Shown: in pieces, positions 46,646-58,795 of the stretch | Layout of the letters: each line of letters starts with the position of its first letter | How positions within the stretch are numbered: position 1 is the first letter of the stretch | NCBI GenBank assembly: GCA_047495785.1 | Contig: JBLDXI010000042.1 | Coordinates: forward strand, 124,001 to 188,000 | Source of the DNA: Lepidodermella squamata | Lineage: Eukaryota; Animalia; Gastrotricha | Length of the DNA stretch: 64,000 nucleotides | Direction of reading: 5' to 3' | Position numbers and translations under genes: made by a program | Notes under the pieces: generated by a model | The model's input: the letters and a program-made list of their open reading frames with translations, nothing else | Told to the model about the DNA's origin: nothing | The model's database searches: none

Positions 46646-47929
46646 TCAATATTCCCTTTCTCCTCTTCTTTTAGCGTTCGGGAATATACAGATTTGTGTG
46701 TTTCCGTAAACCGCAAGCAGCGGAGATATCATCTCATCGCCAAGTGGGCGGATGGCAAATTTGACGAAGAAGCATGTTATTGGCAGACTTTGTTAGATTA
46801 GGGGTTCCATTCATCAAAATCAATGTTTTCAGAAGAAATAATTGAAATCAAATACCACTGATGCTGATTGCCAGAATGTATAAAATTCTCGCAGTCAAAA
46901 ACATGTGTAAACAATTTGTATCACTTTGAGCATTGTAGTTTAGAACTGTTCAAACTAAAAATATTACTCGATCTAATAGAATAATGAATTTTCAGAATCC
47001 TGACGGTACCATCCCTGGCGGTACTTCGCTCTCCGAATTTTCAAAATCCTGACGGATCATAACTTGTAAGAAGGTGTCTTTAAACAGGGTGCTTTCATCG
47101 TAGGAGTACTGTAGTGGTCATGCCAGCCATTTCCATCATTCCGCACAGTTAACGCGATCACCGACCTTTCCATTTCTGCTGTCCTACTTCGCTCTTTGAT
47201 TCCTACCACTTTTCTGAACCCTCAAACAATAGTGTTTCAATCGGAAGGCATTGAGAACTAGGTGTGATCAGTGGATGGAACGCAATGTAACCGGAACAAT
47301 GTACAGACCCGGGAAAACCCGTCCTTTTTGGAATTTTCAAGCAGGATGAGCTCTGAGTTCCGAGACCGAGTTGAGTTCTTAAATTTGGACATTAAAACTT
47401 AAAGAAAAAAATTCAGTAAATTCGCAAAACCCCATTTTTCCTTATTTACGTTTAATTGTTCTGAACTTAGAAATAATTAAGAAGATCGTTAGGAATTCAA
47501 ATTTTTTGTAATTTTGTATGAGAATAGGATTGATGGGACAGACTCAATACATCCTTTTTGCTGCAGGATCATATTTACATTTGAGGAATGTACGGTTGAG
47601 AAAATTGAGCTTTTTCTAGCCAGTTTAAGCAGCAGGTGGAGCGCACGTAACTGACGCGAATGAAAGCTTAAGCTCCTTCTGCTTCCTGGAACTGGCTTCA
47701 AAAAGCCAACTTTAGGTAAAAACACGCAAAATAACTCCTATCACTATAGTAGTCGCGTCGATTTCACTGGCGGTTCCGGAATCCGAAATCTCAACCGAAG
47801 ACACAAGGTCAGCGCATATAAGATTTTTTATCAACTTAGTCAACCTTGTATTTTTCTTCAGCCACTGTACTTGAGTTACACAGTGGAATTTCTAGGCGTG
47901 CGCTGATTGGTCAATCGATCGTCGCTATG

Positions 47930-48152
47930 ACTCCCAGATGAAACATTATGGTCGTACGATCCATTTTTGATTTTTATGATTTTTCGCAGCATGTGATTTT
48001 TGCGGCAGTAATTAGTAATTAACAGCGATTAGCATGGAGTTTACGCTCGTGGTCAAAGGAAACCGTGCAGAGGGCGTGGCAAGGTCACTTTTTACAAAAA
48101 TAGAAAATAATTTATCAGTGGATCGCACGGCAAGGATGTTTCATCCCGGAGT
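47930..48152. repeat. Degenerate palindromic element, probably related to the 30.9-kb foldback
   Basis: Imperfect 34-bp inverted repeats at 47930-47963 and 48119-48152; the adjacent cgctgattggtca motif is shared with ~30944. Confidence 0.45.
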
Positions 48153-48399
48153 GATCATGTGACATAGATAGCACGCCGGCTGGCCGAAAGACGCGTTCGC
48201 TTTTTTCTCGTGAATATTCAGAATGATTTGCAGCCTAAAAAAATCAAAATGACTCCATTCGAATTTGTTAAAAAATTTGACAGCCCCCCTCTCCCCCTCT
48301 CAACCCCTCGCAAACAAAACCGGTCTAATGACTTACAAATTGCTCTGTCAAATTGCGATTGGTATACTTAGGGTTTATTTTCAGTAATTTTACAGAAAG

Positions 48400-50703
48400 A
48401 TGCCTACCTTCACTGCGTTCATTGCATTCACCTCCGTCGTTTGCTTTTCAGGTATTCGATTATGAGTAATCCCACTGTAAAAACGAGATTTCTACTTAGT
48501 ACCCTAAGAAGTAACCATCACTGCTCTTGGCGATTGTTACTTTAAAGTATTTTCATTCTTACTTTTGAGACTCTGGTTCCCAAATAGCACGGTCTTAAAA
48601 AGGAATAATTCTGAACCGCTGCTAATGAGCACGGTCTTTATAATTAATAATTTTATATTGTTCCTATATAGCCGATTCCTACGGTAGTTTTGCGGTAGTT
48701 TGGGCGGTAGTTTTACGGTATTTTTACCGTACTACTGCCGCGAACTAAAAATTCGGGTCAGCTTTGATTTCTACCAAGCTTACATGAACTTTAATTCAAG
48801 CCCAGCAAGGATTAACGATAGCCAGGATCATTCTCTACATTCCTACTTTATAGCAAAAGTTTCACAGCACAAAATCGCGTCGAAAGTCACTAAAATGGGC
48901 CAAATCGCGACATTTTGGCAACCTTTGCGCGCAGATTCTGGACGAACGGGCTATCGCCGGCGCGATTTTCGCATAGCATTAGATAGCAGGCTTCATTCTC
49001 TACAAGATAAACGCGGCTCAACTCGCGCCAGGTGGAATTTCATTGCGAAAAGTCGCGTCGAAAAGCTAACTTTTGACTAGGTCCGTGCGCTATCGGTATT
49101 TTATAGTGATTCTAAAGGATAAAATGTATTCCTATTATATTGGTTTACTTTTTTATTACTTTGTAATGGCATGTACGGCCACGTGGTCATATAACGTCAT
49201 TCATAATACCGTTTACGCTGGATAAATGACAATAATAATCGCGTATTGCACTCATAATGAATGAAAATCATGTCATTGCAGCCAATTTTAATTTTCAAAC
49301 GAAATTAATTATTTCTAGCTGGAATTTTGAGTTTTACAGCGTAAATGAGTTTGATAATCGGTATTTTGCTGATTCTGGTCCAAATGACACGTTTTTCGGT
49401 ATATTTGGGATTTGTTTCTCATTGCGGTAGTCTTGCGGTAGTTACGAGGTACTTTTTCGGTAGAACACCCGAAAAAATACCGAATTATTCGTAATATGGC
49501 ACCGTCTTATTTAGAAGACTTTGAGCTAAAAAACGGCTTTTCAGTAATAATTATTCAGCTACATTTTACGCCTAGTATACCTCAAAAAACGGACACGATG
49601 TAAAAGCGCATTTTATTTCGAAATGATTTAACACTTTTGTTCGAAATTCGGACGTTTTCCTCATATTGCCGAAAAATAAGTATAAAACTGATCATGAGTG
49701 GTAACAAAATTCAGAAATACGAAAAACGGGGCAAACAGACAAGAAGATCGGGAAAAAAATGGAGAATATAGTTCGCATGTCACAATAAATTCTCGCACAA
49801 ACTAATGTTTAGAGGCGGCGCGATGTCGTCTTCTTGATTTCTCGGAGTTTTCTGGTCGGTCGATTAGCAGCATTATTAGGTACGAGGTGCAGCCTTCAGC
49901 GATCGCGTGCCACATGTTCCATCTAAATAAGACAAATCGAAAAATTAACTAAGCATGGCATTGGAACGTTCTTGATTTCTGATAAAAATAATTCACTAAA
50001 TTATATTTTCCGATTTTATCAAATTTTCCACACAAAATTGAACTACTAGGTTTTAATTTGGACAAAAAAACAAGCTTACCACCAGAAAATAATAGCTCGA
50101 TGGATGAAATTCAGTCGCTGAAGGCAAAACGTTTTACTAAATGTTTTGAATTTTAACTAGATATAACCGGATCCAGAGTTGTCCCCGGGTCGGATTCGGG
50201 TCCACCCCGTGAACCCGACACTGGGTAGCTGTAACCTAGACTTGCATTCACCTCCGTCGTCGGCTTTTCAGGTAAGTATTCGATTATGAGTAATCCCTAA
50301 TGGATAAATTATCATCCCGTGCCCTACAACAGAAACAGTGGCTATTCAATGCTACGTCACTAACGGAGAAGGCGGATACACGACTGCGACAGGTTGCGGT
50401 GTGTGCAGCAAAGGCTACGCCAACGTTGACGGCATCGAATTGATTGAGAAGAGGTGCTGGCCGGGCACGCCTGGCACTATTAACCCAGAGTGCCAGACTG
50501 ACATTGTTCGCGGCTATTCGGTGCGTGTTTGCCTGTGCAACGACCGCGATTTCTGCAACAGCGCCCCACCTTCAGCAGCCTCCTTCTCGGCTATCACCAT
50601 CACTTTCATCGCAGCAGCTTTTTTTTTGCTTAATAGACCCGAATCAAGTTTTACTATCCAGCAAAAACATTTACCTAAAGTCCTAATTTGTATTGAGAAA
50701 TAA
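48400..50703 (+). CDS. Ly6/uPAR (three-finger, Quiver/sleepless-like) GPI-type protein; exon 1 48400-48451, exon 2 50333-50703
   Basis: Signal exon MPTFTAFIAFTSVVCFS joins in phase 1 to ETVA-IQCY...C..C.K...KRC...C...CLC....CN-S plus a hydrophobic GPI-like tail. The exon-1 linkage is uncertain. Confidence 0.65.
50131..50297. repeat. Chimeric duplication: MITE left end plus flank (from ~45149-45278) fused to a partial copy of the Ly6 signal exon (from ~48422-48473)
   Basis: Direct sequence matches to both source loci. Confidence 0.8.
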
Positions 50704-50797
50704 ATTTCGCGGTGTCCTAATTAGAATCAAACAAGCGATCTTTAAAAGGTTCATTAGACTGTTACTCTCGCTGTCTATATTTTTCTCCGAATTGATA

Positions 50798-51920
50798 TCA
50801 GTCAAAGCGTTTGCACGAAAAGTTGGCAAATCCAAGCGCGACATCCAGCGCTTTCTTGATAGCATCCTTCGCGGCATCACCAGTTGGCGCATACCCAGCC
50901 TCAACCGCCGCAGCAACAGCTCGAGTTGTAGCAAGAGAAACCTTCTTGATGTAGTCCTTGCAAGCATCACGATCGCTACAGCAGATAGCTCCGAAATCGT
51001 GAGGACGCGATGAAGGGCATGCGTTCCAGCAAACTGGACCAACAGGTGCCGAACCATCCGGGCAGTGGGGGTAGCACAAACCAGCGTCGTAGTGCTGGTC
51101 CTTAGGGCAGCTCATCGGGTAACCAGCCCCGCGACCATAGCTCTTCTTCGCATAGGTGTGAACATCGATGCGGCAAGTGCAGCCGTCGTTTTTGTATCCC
51201 GAGGGGCAGTGGGAACAGCCTTTTGAGAGGGTTAGGCCACACTTGTCGTACCATGGGCAGTTGTGGTTGTCGGACGAGATGATAGAGGTTGGGCGGGTGC
51301 AAAGGGCTCCGGTATCTGTGTATCCATCACGACAATATTCCCAGCACTGAAAAATAATTTCGAAATCGCATTAAACCATATGAATCAATGAAAAATCACA
51401 ATCGGTTCAAAAAGGATCCCAAAATTTTTAGATCCCGGATTCTACTACGTTTCAGACTTCTAAGGCCCTTCCAGACTCCTGAAACTTGACAATTCCTTTC
51501 TTTGAAGACTATCATTAAGAGAGACTTCAGGAGGATGTTTTGACTTACGACAGGGCCGACTCCCTTATAACCATTGGCACAAGGCGGATAGCAAAGAAGG
51601 CCGTCTTTCTCCAGGCCATCCCGGCAAGTGCTAACAGGCTTGCCAACGCCTCGAGTGGTTGTTTCCTTCCAGCAAAGGCCCATTTTCTCCTTCATGATCA
51701 GGATGACATTGGTCATATTGACGTGCTCCAGGGCTAGGCCGATCAGCTGCTTAATCGGGCTCGTCTCTTCATCGTCGTCATCGACGTAGCCGGAAAGACT
51801 GAAACGAGCGTTGGCTAATCAAATGATGGAAAATTTCGAAATTCTCAATGGTTTGATCCGAAATGACGAACCCTTGCAAAATATTGCGGCCAAGAGGAAA
51901 ACGGCGGTGTAGAACTTCAT
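50798..51920 (-). CDS. Secreted Cys-rich repeat protein C3, 3 exons (51872-51920, 51549-51814, 50798-51346), ~287 aa
   Basis: More divergent paralog of C1/C2 with the same intron positions and Cys framework. Confidence 0.9.
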
Positions 51921-52178
51921 TGCGAGCGTAGAAAAATTCGGATTCGATCGAACCTTAATAATTGCCCTTTATATATGGTGGCATTTGGGGTAAAAAAGTA
52001 CGTCAGAGCCTTTGGGTACCTGGAATCTGCTGGGAAAAGCAAGCCGTTTTCTCAGTGAGGCAAAATCGTGATAAAAACACTCAGTTTGACTGACTTTCCG
52101 TCCTAACAAGCGATTTATTTGTTCAAGATTTAAGGCGATAAATTAAAGCAATTGTCAGGCTTTGATATATTTTTTGGA

Positions 52179-53431
52179 TCAATTCGACGGATTTTCAACT
52201 GCGGTAGAATTAGCTTTAGCTTCAGCTGAGGCGATGAATTCCTCGGATAATTTCCACAGCCGCTCAGCTTTCATGTCATCCTTCGCAATGTTCCAATGGC
52301 CAATTCCAGTCACAGGCTTCGAATCACTGAAATAGCCACCGCTGTTTGTAAACTCCAGCCCAGGCTCACAGGCGCAGTAAATCGTCGTGGCCGCTCCTTT
52401 TTGTGGGGAGATAGCGAATAAGGACTGAACAGGCTCAAACCAGGCCATGAACGCTTTCGATTGGTTCTTTTTCGCAATTGTGGTCCGGACGAAGCCGGGA
52501 TGAAGTGAAAACACCGCAATCCCACTTTGGGCCGCAGACAGTGTATCGGCCCCATTCAAAATTTGGTGCAGCCTCCTGGCATGCAGAATATTCGCGAGCT
52601 TCGAATGGTTGTCTATAATGATTCACGTCAAAAATTTCCGATTTTCGAAGTTAGGACTTACAAGCTCGTAACGCGTCGTACTTGCCCGGCTCTTCGCAGT
52701 TCAAATCTTCGATGTCAAGCCCCTTCGGCCAGCAGAATTGATGAGCCGTGGATGCGACTATCACGATCCTAGCCGGCTGACTCTTCTTCAAAAGCGGAAG
52801 CAGTTCGTTGACCAGTAGAAAGTGGCCGAGATGATTAGTTCCGAAAGTTAGCTCGAACCCATCTTTTGTAAAGTTTCGCTTATCATTCGGCGCATGGACA
52901 CCGGCGTTGTTGATTAGAACATGTAGGACCTGTTCAGTTTCTAGAATCTTCTTGGCGCAGGTTCGGACAGATGCGAGAGATGAAAGGTCTAGTTCGATCA
53001 CTTCCAAGATGCAAGTCGAGGAATTCTCGCCGAGCTTTTCTTTGATTGAATTCACGGCTTCTTGAGCTGATTGTACGTTGCGACAGGCTAGGATAATTTT
53101 GGCTGCTCCTCGACGAGCTAGTTCAAGAACAGTTTCATAGCCGATGCCAGCGTTGGCCCCTGTAAAATTTAAAGAGAACATTGATAATTGATAATTACTT
53201 CAAGAATGGAAGAAAGCAGACATTCAGTTAGTATGATTTTTAGTTTGATTTTTTAGAAAATAATCTTGAAAATTTCAGAGGATTTCTTTCTGATTTTAAA
53301 GTAAAATCTGAACCTTACAAATCATCAAAATCCTTTTAAACAAAATGCAGCTCTGAAAAATAATTGTTCAAACCTGTGATGAAGACAACTTTGTCTTTGA
53401 TGGTCCATGTGGATTGAGTGGCCGCTGCCAT
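52179..53431 (-). CDS. Retinol dehydrogenase 11-14-like short-chain dehydrogenase/reductase, 3 exons (53374-53431, 52662-53159, 52179-52612), ~329 aa
   Basis: TGANAGIG Rossmann motif, LDLSSL, NNAG, FGTNHLGHFLL, catalytic YNHSK, LHPG. Confidence 0.92.
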
Positions 53432-53950
53432 TTTTGGAATACTTGTATTAACTGTTTTTACGAACTGAGGAACGAATTGTGTCGCGAACGTGGGCCTTTA
53501 CTACATGGATAAGGCTTATCTCGAGACGGGAAACGTGCTCAGAAAAAGTGACCCCTTCTTAACGGAAACAAGGTAGATTAGCCTAGCTAGTTTTTCATTA
53601 TTCAGTCTGAAGGGCTTATCATACCTGCCGGTCAGCGAGCTTGTACATCAAGTTCATCATCTTGCTTATTGGCAAAACATGCTCAATTTCCTCATTACCT
53701 TGGTAGCTGGGCTTGACTTAGGCTTCGTAGAGAACAAGTTTGATCTATTTTAGGCCGATTCGAATGACTAAAATCTTCATGGATTCAGATTTCTAGGTAA
53801 AAGAGTCAATGGTTTGCGTTATTGAGGTTATCTGGGTTATCTGGCTTGATTTTATTCTGCACCATTCACAGTATATTTGATCGAGCTAAATCAAGAGGTT
53901 CCAGCAATGAAGTATCGCTGTTACCGCGTTATCTTAATCCACACACAAAG

Positions 53951-55069
53951 TCACTCAAATTTCAAATAACGAAGCAAGGCAGGCGGTAAAACGCCGTCCA
54001 GTCCAATATCTATAGCCTCGATTCGTTTCTTACAACCGGGTGGCAGGCGGTTGAGAATCGCCATTCTGCACATCGCCTGTAGCGTCATTGGAAAAAGCTG
54101 AGCCACGTGAGGAATCAACATTTGTCGCAATCTCGTGCTTTCAACGCCATCGCCGGTTCGTGGCTTGAAGTTCACCGGGTTGAATGACGATGTCATTCTT
54201 GCGAAGAGAAGAATTTCAAACAAGCGATTGTCTAGCTGGCTCGGATTATTGATCCTTTCATAGGCAAAGCTTGACAATAGGAGGCTAGTGAAATAATCAT
54301 CCTTAGCGCAGCATTCGCACATCATACCAGCAATTGCCAGGGTTTTAAAAAATTCAGCCTTCACACCACCAGGGAAAACAACCAGCTGCATCCCGTTCAA
54401 AACAACGAGATCTGCCGCGCGGAGAAACAAGTCAACCATACAGGACCTCCATACACGAAACTTTTCCTCAGGTTGATGGGTAGCCTCTAGATGCGCCCCG
54501 GATTCAAGCAGAAACTTCGCAATGTCCCAACAGTTATTGAAGTAGGCAGTATTCAATGGAGATGATTCTCCGCTTGGGAAATTCAAATTCGCCCCACGGG
54601 CTACCAGAAGCTCAACCAACGGCCTCAGCCGATAGACCACACACAATTTCAAAGCTGTGTATCGAAATGAATCGACGTAATCGATTTCGGCGCCGTGGTC
54701 TAGCAATACGCTGACTGTTTTTGAACGATCTACGACACGGTCGCTATCTCGATGTTGTTCTGTAGTATGCAGTGAAACTTGGTTGAGCTCAAGCGCTCGA
54801 ATAGATGGATCGCAAGCTGCTTTTAAGCACGTATAATCGGATGTGAGAAGTTTTCGATAATTTGGATAGAATCCCTTAGTTTCCAAGTTGACTTTTCGCG
54901 TTGATAACAGGTAACTGAGGCATTTGTGGCTTGCTGCAGCGCTGACTACTCGAGCGATTTTATCGGCGCCCAGTACTGAAACAGCGTTATCGAGGTCAGA
55001 CGAGAAGAAGGCAAGGTCGTCGTCTTCGCAGGCTTGGGCAAATTTCGCATAGTTGAAGTTGCTTCTCAT
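53951..55069 (-). CDS. Ankyrin repeat and SOCS-box protein, intronless, 372 aa
   Basis: Ankyrin repeats (LLDHGAEID..TAL, LLVARGANLN..SPL, LLESGA) and a C-terminal SOCS box (TLQAMCRMAI...LPPALLRYL). Confidence 0.88.
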   Translation of the reverse strand: MRSNFNYAKFAQACEDDDLAFFSSDLDNAVSVLGADKIARVVSAAASHKCLSYLLSTRKVNLETKGFYPNYRKLLTSDYTCLKAACDPSIRALELNQVSLHTTEQHRDSDRVVDRSKTVSVLLDHGAEIDYVDSFRYTALKLCVVYRLRPLVELLVARGANLNFPSGESSPLNTAYFNNCWDIAKFLLESGAHLEATHQPEEKFRVWRSCMVDLFLRAADLVVLNGMQLVVFPGGVKAEFFKTLAIAGMMCECCAKDDYFTSLLLSSFAYERINNPSQLDNRLFEILLFARMTSSFNPVNFKPRTGDGVESTRLRQMLIPHVAQLFPMTLQAMCRMAILNRLPPGCKKRIEAIDIGLDGVLPPALLRYLKFE

Positions 55070-55590
55070 TTTGAAAGTGCGTAATCAATGATATCAAGTG
55101 ATATCAAGTTATAAACGGGGACTTACTAGCTGATAAGGAATGCGATAAGCAGCATGTTAGGAAATAGCGATATCTAGATGGGTAGGAGTAATTCAATCTT
55201 CATAAATAAATGCCGGGTCCAAATGGCTTAATTTTGTTCTCCTCAAACCTCAAACCTCGGAATGTCGATGTCTTCCTGTCATTCTTTCCATCTATTTTTT
55301 CCAATCTCCATTCTCAGAAGCTGTATTCGAGTCAAGAAAGGTGAATTCAAGAGGGGGGGGGCACTCGGCAGGGTTTGAACTGGTTCAAAATAGATCCTGA
55401 AAAAAATCGCGGTTTTTTCAAAAGCGTTTTTGGGGTGTTTTCACTTTTCACGCAAAAAACCTCAAATTTTCAAAGTTAACAGCCAGCCATTGATCAACCG
55501 CAAAAGCTATTAGAATTATAAAACTGATAATTAGTCATACTAATCACCAATTTATTTAGCTAGCGTAAAATTTCCGTTTCGAGCTGCCTG

Positions 55591-56718
55591 TTACATGATC
55601 AAATTATACGTGATGATATTTAGAAATGCTAGAATTATGAGGAACACTTGAAATGCTATGAAATCCACAATATCCCGAACGCTAATTTGTTTCCTCAAAC
55701 AAGAAACGATGATCGGTCTATCAGCTGCTTCGGGAAATCGATTGATAAGTGTGCACATCCCACCGCAGTACAGCGTGCAAATCATAGCAAATATTGTCTG
55801 GCCGAGGATGTAATACGAAATCACAATATGCCGCGGTGTTCGCGGTAAAACGGCCGAAATTTGGCTTTGAAGCACGAAAATCGACATCATGACAGTTGCG
55901 GCGAAGGTCGGCCGATCCGGAGCATCAGGTGGTACTAAGAAGCTGCCCAGAACTAGGATAGTGAGGATAAAACTCGGAGCTATGAGGCTGAGAACGAAAT
56001 AATCGGGCTTCCTCCCAAGCTTAAACTTGAAAGTGACTCTTTGCAACTTGTAATCGCCACTTTTGATAGTATCGTCTTGAAACTTTACGTCAGAGCTGAC
56101 GTTCAACAATTTCCAGTTAGCATTATCTGGCATGAAATCTTGGGATAAACCTAGAATGTAGGCGTCTTTAACTGCGATATTCTCGAGGATTGCGCTGAGT
56201 TTCAGCCTGATTTCACATGTTTGGCTATCGAACGGGAAATCGAAGAGCTGTAAATTGCACGACGAAACAATAACGCCGTAGAAGGCATGCGTGAAAAGGC
56301 CAGTTGACATGTTAACCTCCATTCGCCTTAGCGAGCCGTCGACGCTCGCTTCCATGCCGATATTCGTCAGACTGTTTTCATGCATCAGATCAGGCACCCA
56401 GAACATTTCAGGTTCGATTCGGATATTTTCAAGGATTTTACGCCATTCCAGGTCGTGGTAAGCCTTTGCAACGCACGGCACAATCCAATTGACAATGACA
56501 ATACCTACAACTGTTAGCGTTTCACCTACATCGTCGATTTCGCGAAATCGCTCGCCGTGGAAGGAAACGTTGATTTTCGTTGGCACACCTTCGGCTTCTG
56601 ACGGTGAATTGATGTGACGACCGACGTTGCACCGTGATAGGATGAAGTCTGTCGTGGAAGAGTTGTTGAAGCAGAATGCTGTGTTACTCAAAAACAACAG
56701 AGCGAATAAACTAATCAT
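55591..56718 (-). CDS. Divergent intronless Cys-loop ligand-gated ion channel subunit, 375 aa
   Basis: Signal peptide; FWVPD; Cys loop CNLQLFDFPFDSQTC; LGRKPDYFV; four TMs with a very short M3-M4 loop. Confidence 0.9.
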   Translation of the reverse strand: MISLFALLFLSNTAFCFNNSSTTDFILSRCNVGRHINSPSEAEGVPTKINVSFHGERFREIDDVGETLTVVGIVIVNWIVPCVAKAYHDLEWRKILENIRIEPEMFWVPDLMHENSLTNIGMEASVDGSLRRMEVNMSTGLFTHAFYGVIVSSCNLQLFDFPFDSQTCEIRLKLSAILENIAVKDAYILGLSQDFMPDNANWKLLNVSSDVKFQDDTIKSGDYKLQRVTFKFKLGRKPDYFVLSLIAPSFILTILVLGSFLVPPDAPDRPTFAATVMMSIFVLQSQISAVLPRTPRHIVISYYILGQTIFAMICTLYCGGMCTLINRFPEAADRPIIVSCLRKQISVRDIVDFIAFQVFLIILAFLNIITYNLIM

Positions 56719-57204
56719 TGGTTTCCAGCAAAAACTCCTAAAATAAGCGTCTAAAAGTTACTCGAAAACTATGGCGAATTCTTCCTAATTTAGCTCGTGA
56801 CAATAATAGCTTTAGGTAAACATTTTTTTCTCAATTAGTCAGGATTACTAATAAATATTAGTCTTACAAATGTTTGCATTGGTTTTTACTAGTGAGTTCC
56901 GGCAATCCTGTTTCTGTTTACTCAGCAGTGTCTTTCTTGAAGATTTACTACCATTTTAGTTTTCGGGGTTTTCCCTTTCCAATGTTCTGCTTTTTCCTGA
57001 AAATCATTCGGAAATTTTTGAATTTTTATCACGGAACTTTTGACATGTACATGGTCAGGATGATGACGCGATGAGGACACATCATGGCATAGAAATTAAC
57101 AGTAAGCTTAGACTATCGTAACACGCCACACGACTTTCAGTACACATTTTGATTATGAAAAAGACTGATCGGAGTCAACAAACGAGATTTATTTAATTTA
57201 GCTA

Positions 57205-57570
57205 CGAGCTTTTAGCTTTTTCGATCCTTTCCTCTGAGATTTTCCACAGCCGCTCAGCTTTCACGCCATCACGCGCAATCGCTGAAGAAACAACCGCTGT
57301 ACAGTTCGTCGATTTCTGGCTCACACGCGCAGTAGATCGTTGTTTTGGCGCCGTTTTGAGGTGTCATGGCAAAGCATCCTTGAACTGGCTCGAAGAATGC
57401 CTCGAAGAAGTACTCGACTGATTACGTTGAGCAATCGTAGTGCGTACGAAGCCTGGGTGCAGTGAGAACAACAGTGAGTATCATTGATGTTGCTTCCTGC
57501 TTCCTGGGCTGTTTGAGTGCTTCGCCAGGCCAAAATAACCTTACTAGCCCCTCGGAAAACAACCAGATGC
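57205..57570 (-). pseudogene. Internally deleted SDR pseudogene (paralog of 52179-53431)
   Basis: Fragments RGASKVILAWRSTQTAQEA, FSLHPGFVRT and KAERLWK match the intact SDR, with deletions and frameshifts between them. Confidence 0.8.
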
Positions 57571-58795
57571 ATCCCACTTAAACAACGATATCGGTCCCGT
57601 GAGGGTACAATCCAGTGTTCCGATTTTTGCCCACTGGACCACGCTCAGTAGAAGACCCATAAAAATATTCCTTATTGAAACCGTTGAGTAAAGGGGTAGG
57701 GATATAGTAAATTGGCGTACACTTTTGAGACCCTGTGAAGCCGGCCAGGTTTAGGGATTTTTTGAGTTAAAAATTCGCAATTGCCATGCTGTTAAATTTA
57801 ACATATTGCTCGCTCCGCTCGCCGCTCGCAAATATCCAACTCCCTTTTCTTCTCTATTCAATTACGCCAACGGTTCTAATTCTCATTGTTTCATTGTTCT
57901 AATTCTCATTAGAGCCAATTTTCAATGACCTGGAATCTGCAGTTAGAAGGTAGTTAGTTTATTTCTTCCCAGTGGCAGACACTTCCAAGTCGCGAAAAAA
58001 AAATCGGAGGACTGGTACAAGCCAACTATGCATGACCGCCATACACGACATAATATCTCCTCAGTATGATGGATAATCTCTTGATTTGCCTGGGGCAACA
58101 ATAACAAATTCCAAACCCGCCTTTACCTTTTCCACATAACGTAGCAAAACACCCCAGCTGAACAGGATCTAAGCAACTGTAATGCCCGCATATTTTCGTC
58201 CCGCCGGTATTTCCTCCGCGCGCGCGCCTTCCGATTGGCTGGGGCTTATTGCGCTACAATTCAAGATATTTAGATCCATCCCCCGCGCGCGACAAGCATG
58301 CCGCATGCTTTGCGAAGAACAGTAAAAAGCCCATCCTTGAAAATCGGGCTGTATTGTTTATAAAATCGACAGCAAAATTGACTGCATCGTGGCAGCCTAC
58401 ACGCCCTTATTTGATGACTTTTCAGTTCGTATAGAAAAACACCGGCCATAAGCATTGAAACCATAAGCATTGAAAATTTGATCTAAGAGATGGGATGCGA
58501 TGGGTGTTTTCATAGAACATGTTTTTTTTTATGAAAAATTGAATAATTATTAATGTTGAAATTGCTATTTTAGGCCCGCTCAGTGACGTTTGCTTAGGAA
58601 TATGCCTTATACCTATAAATGATTTGCCGTAATTTTTCCTTGCTATTTTCCTTGCTTGTCATCCTGTTGCTTAAAAAGCCAATATGCAGTTAAATAATGA
58701 CCTACTGATTTATGCGTACTTCGTACATCAGCTGAGTAAACTAAAAAAAATCGCGTGAGAAACGCCAGGGGAAATTAAAGTAGGTGCAAACTTAC

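Noticed and set aside
48473-49500. Possible DNA transposon(s) and a 126-aa ORF in the Ly6 intron
   Set aside because: Candidate ends (cactgtaaaa; cccaaatagc) have no convincing matching TIR or TSD; the ORF has no domain.
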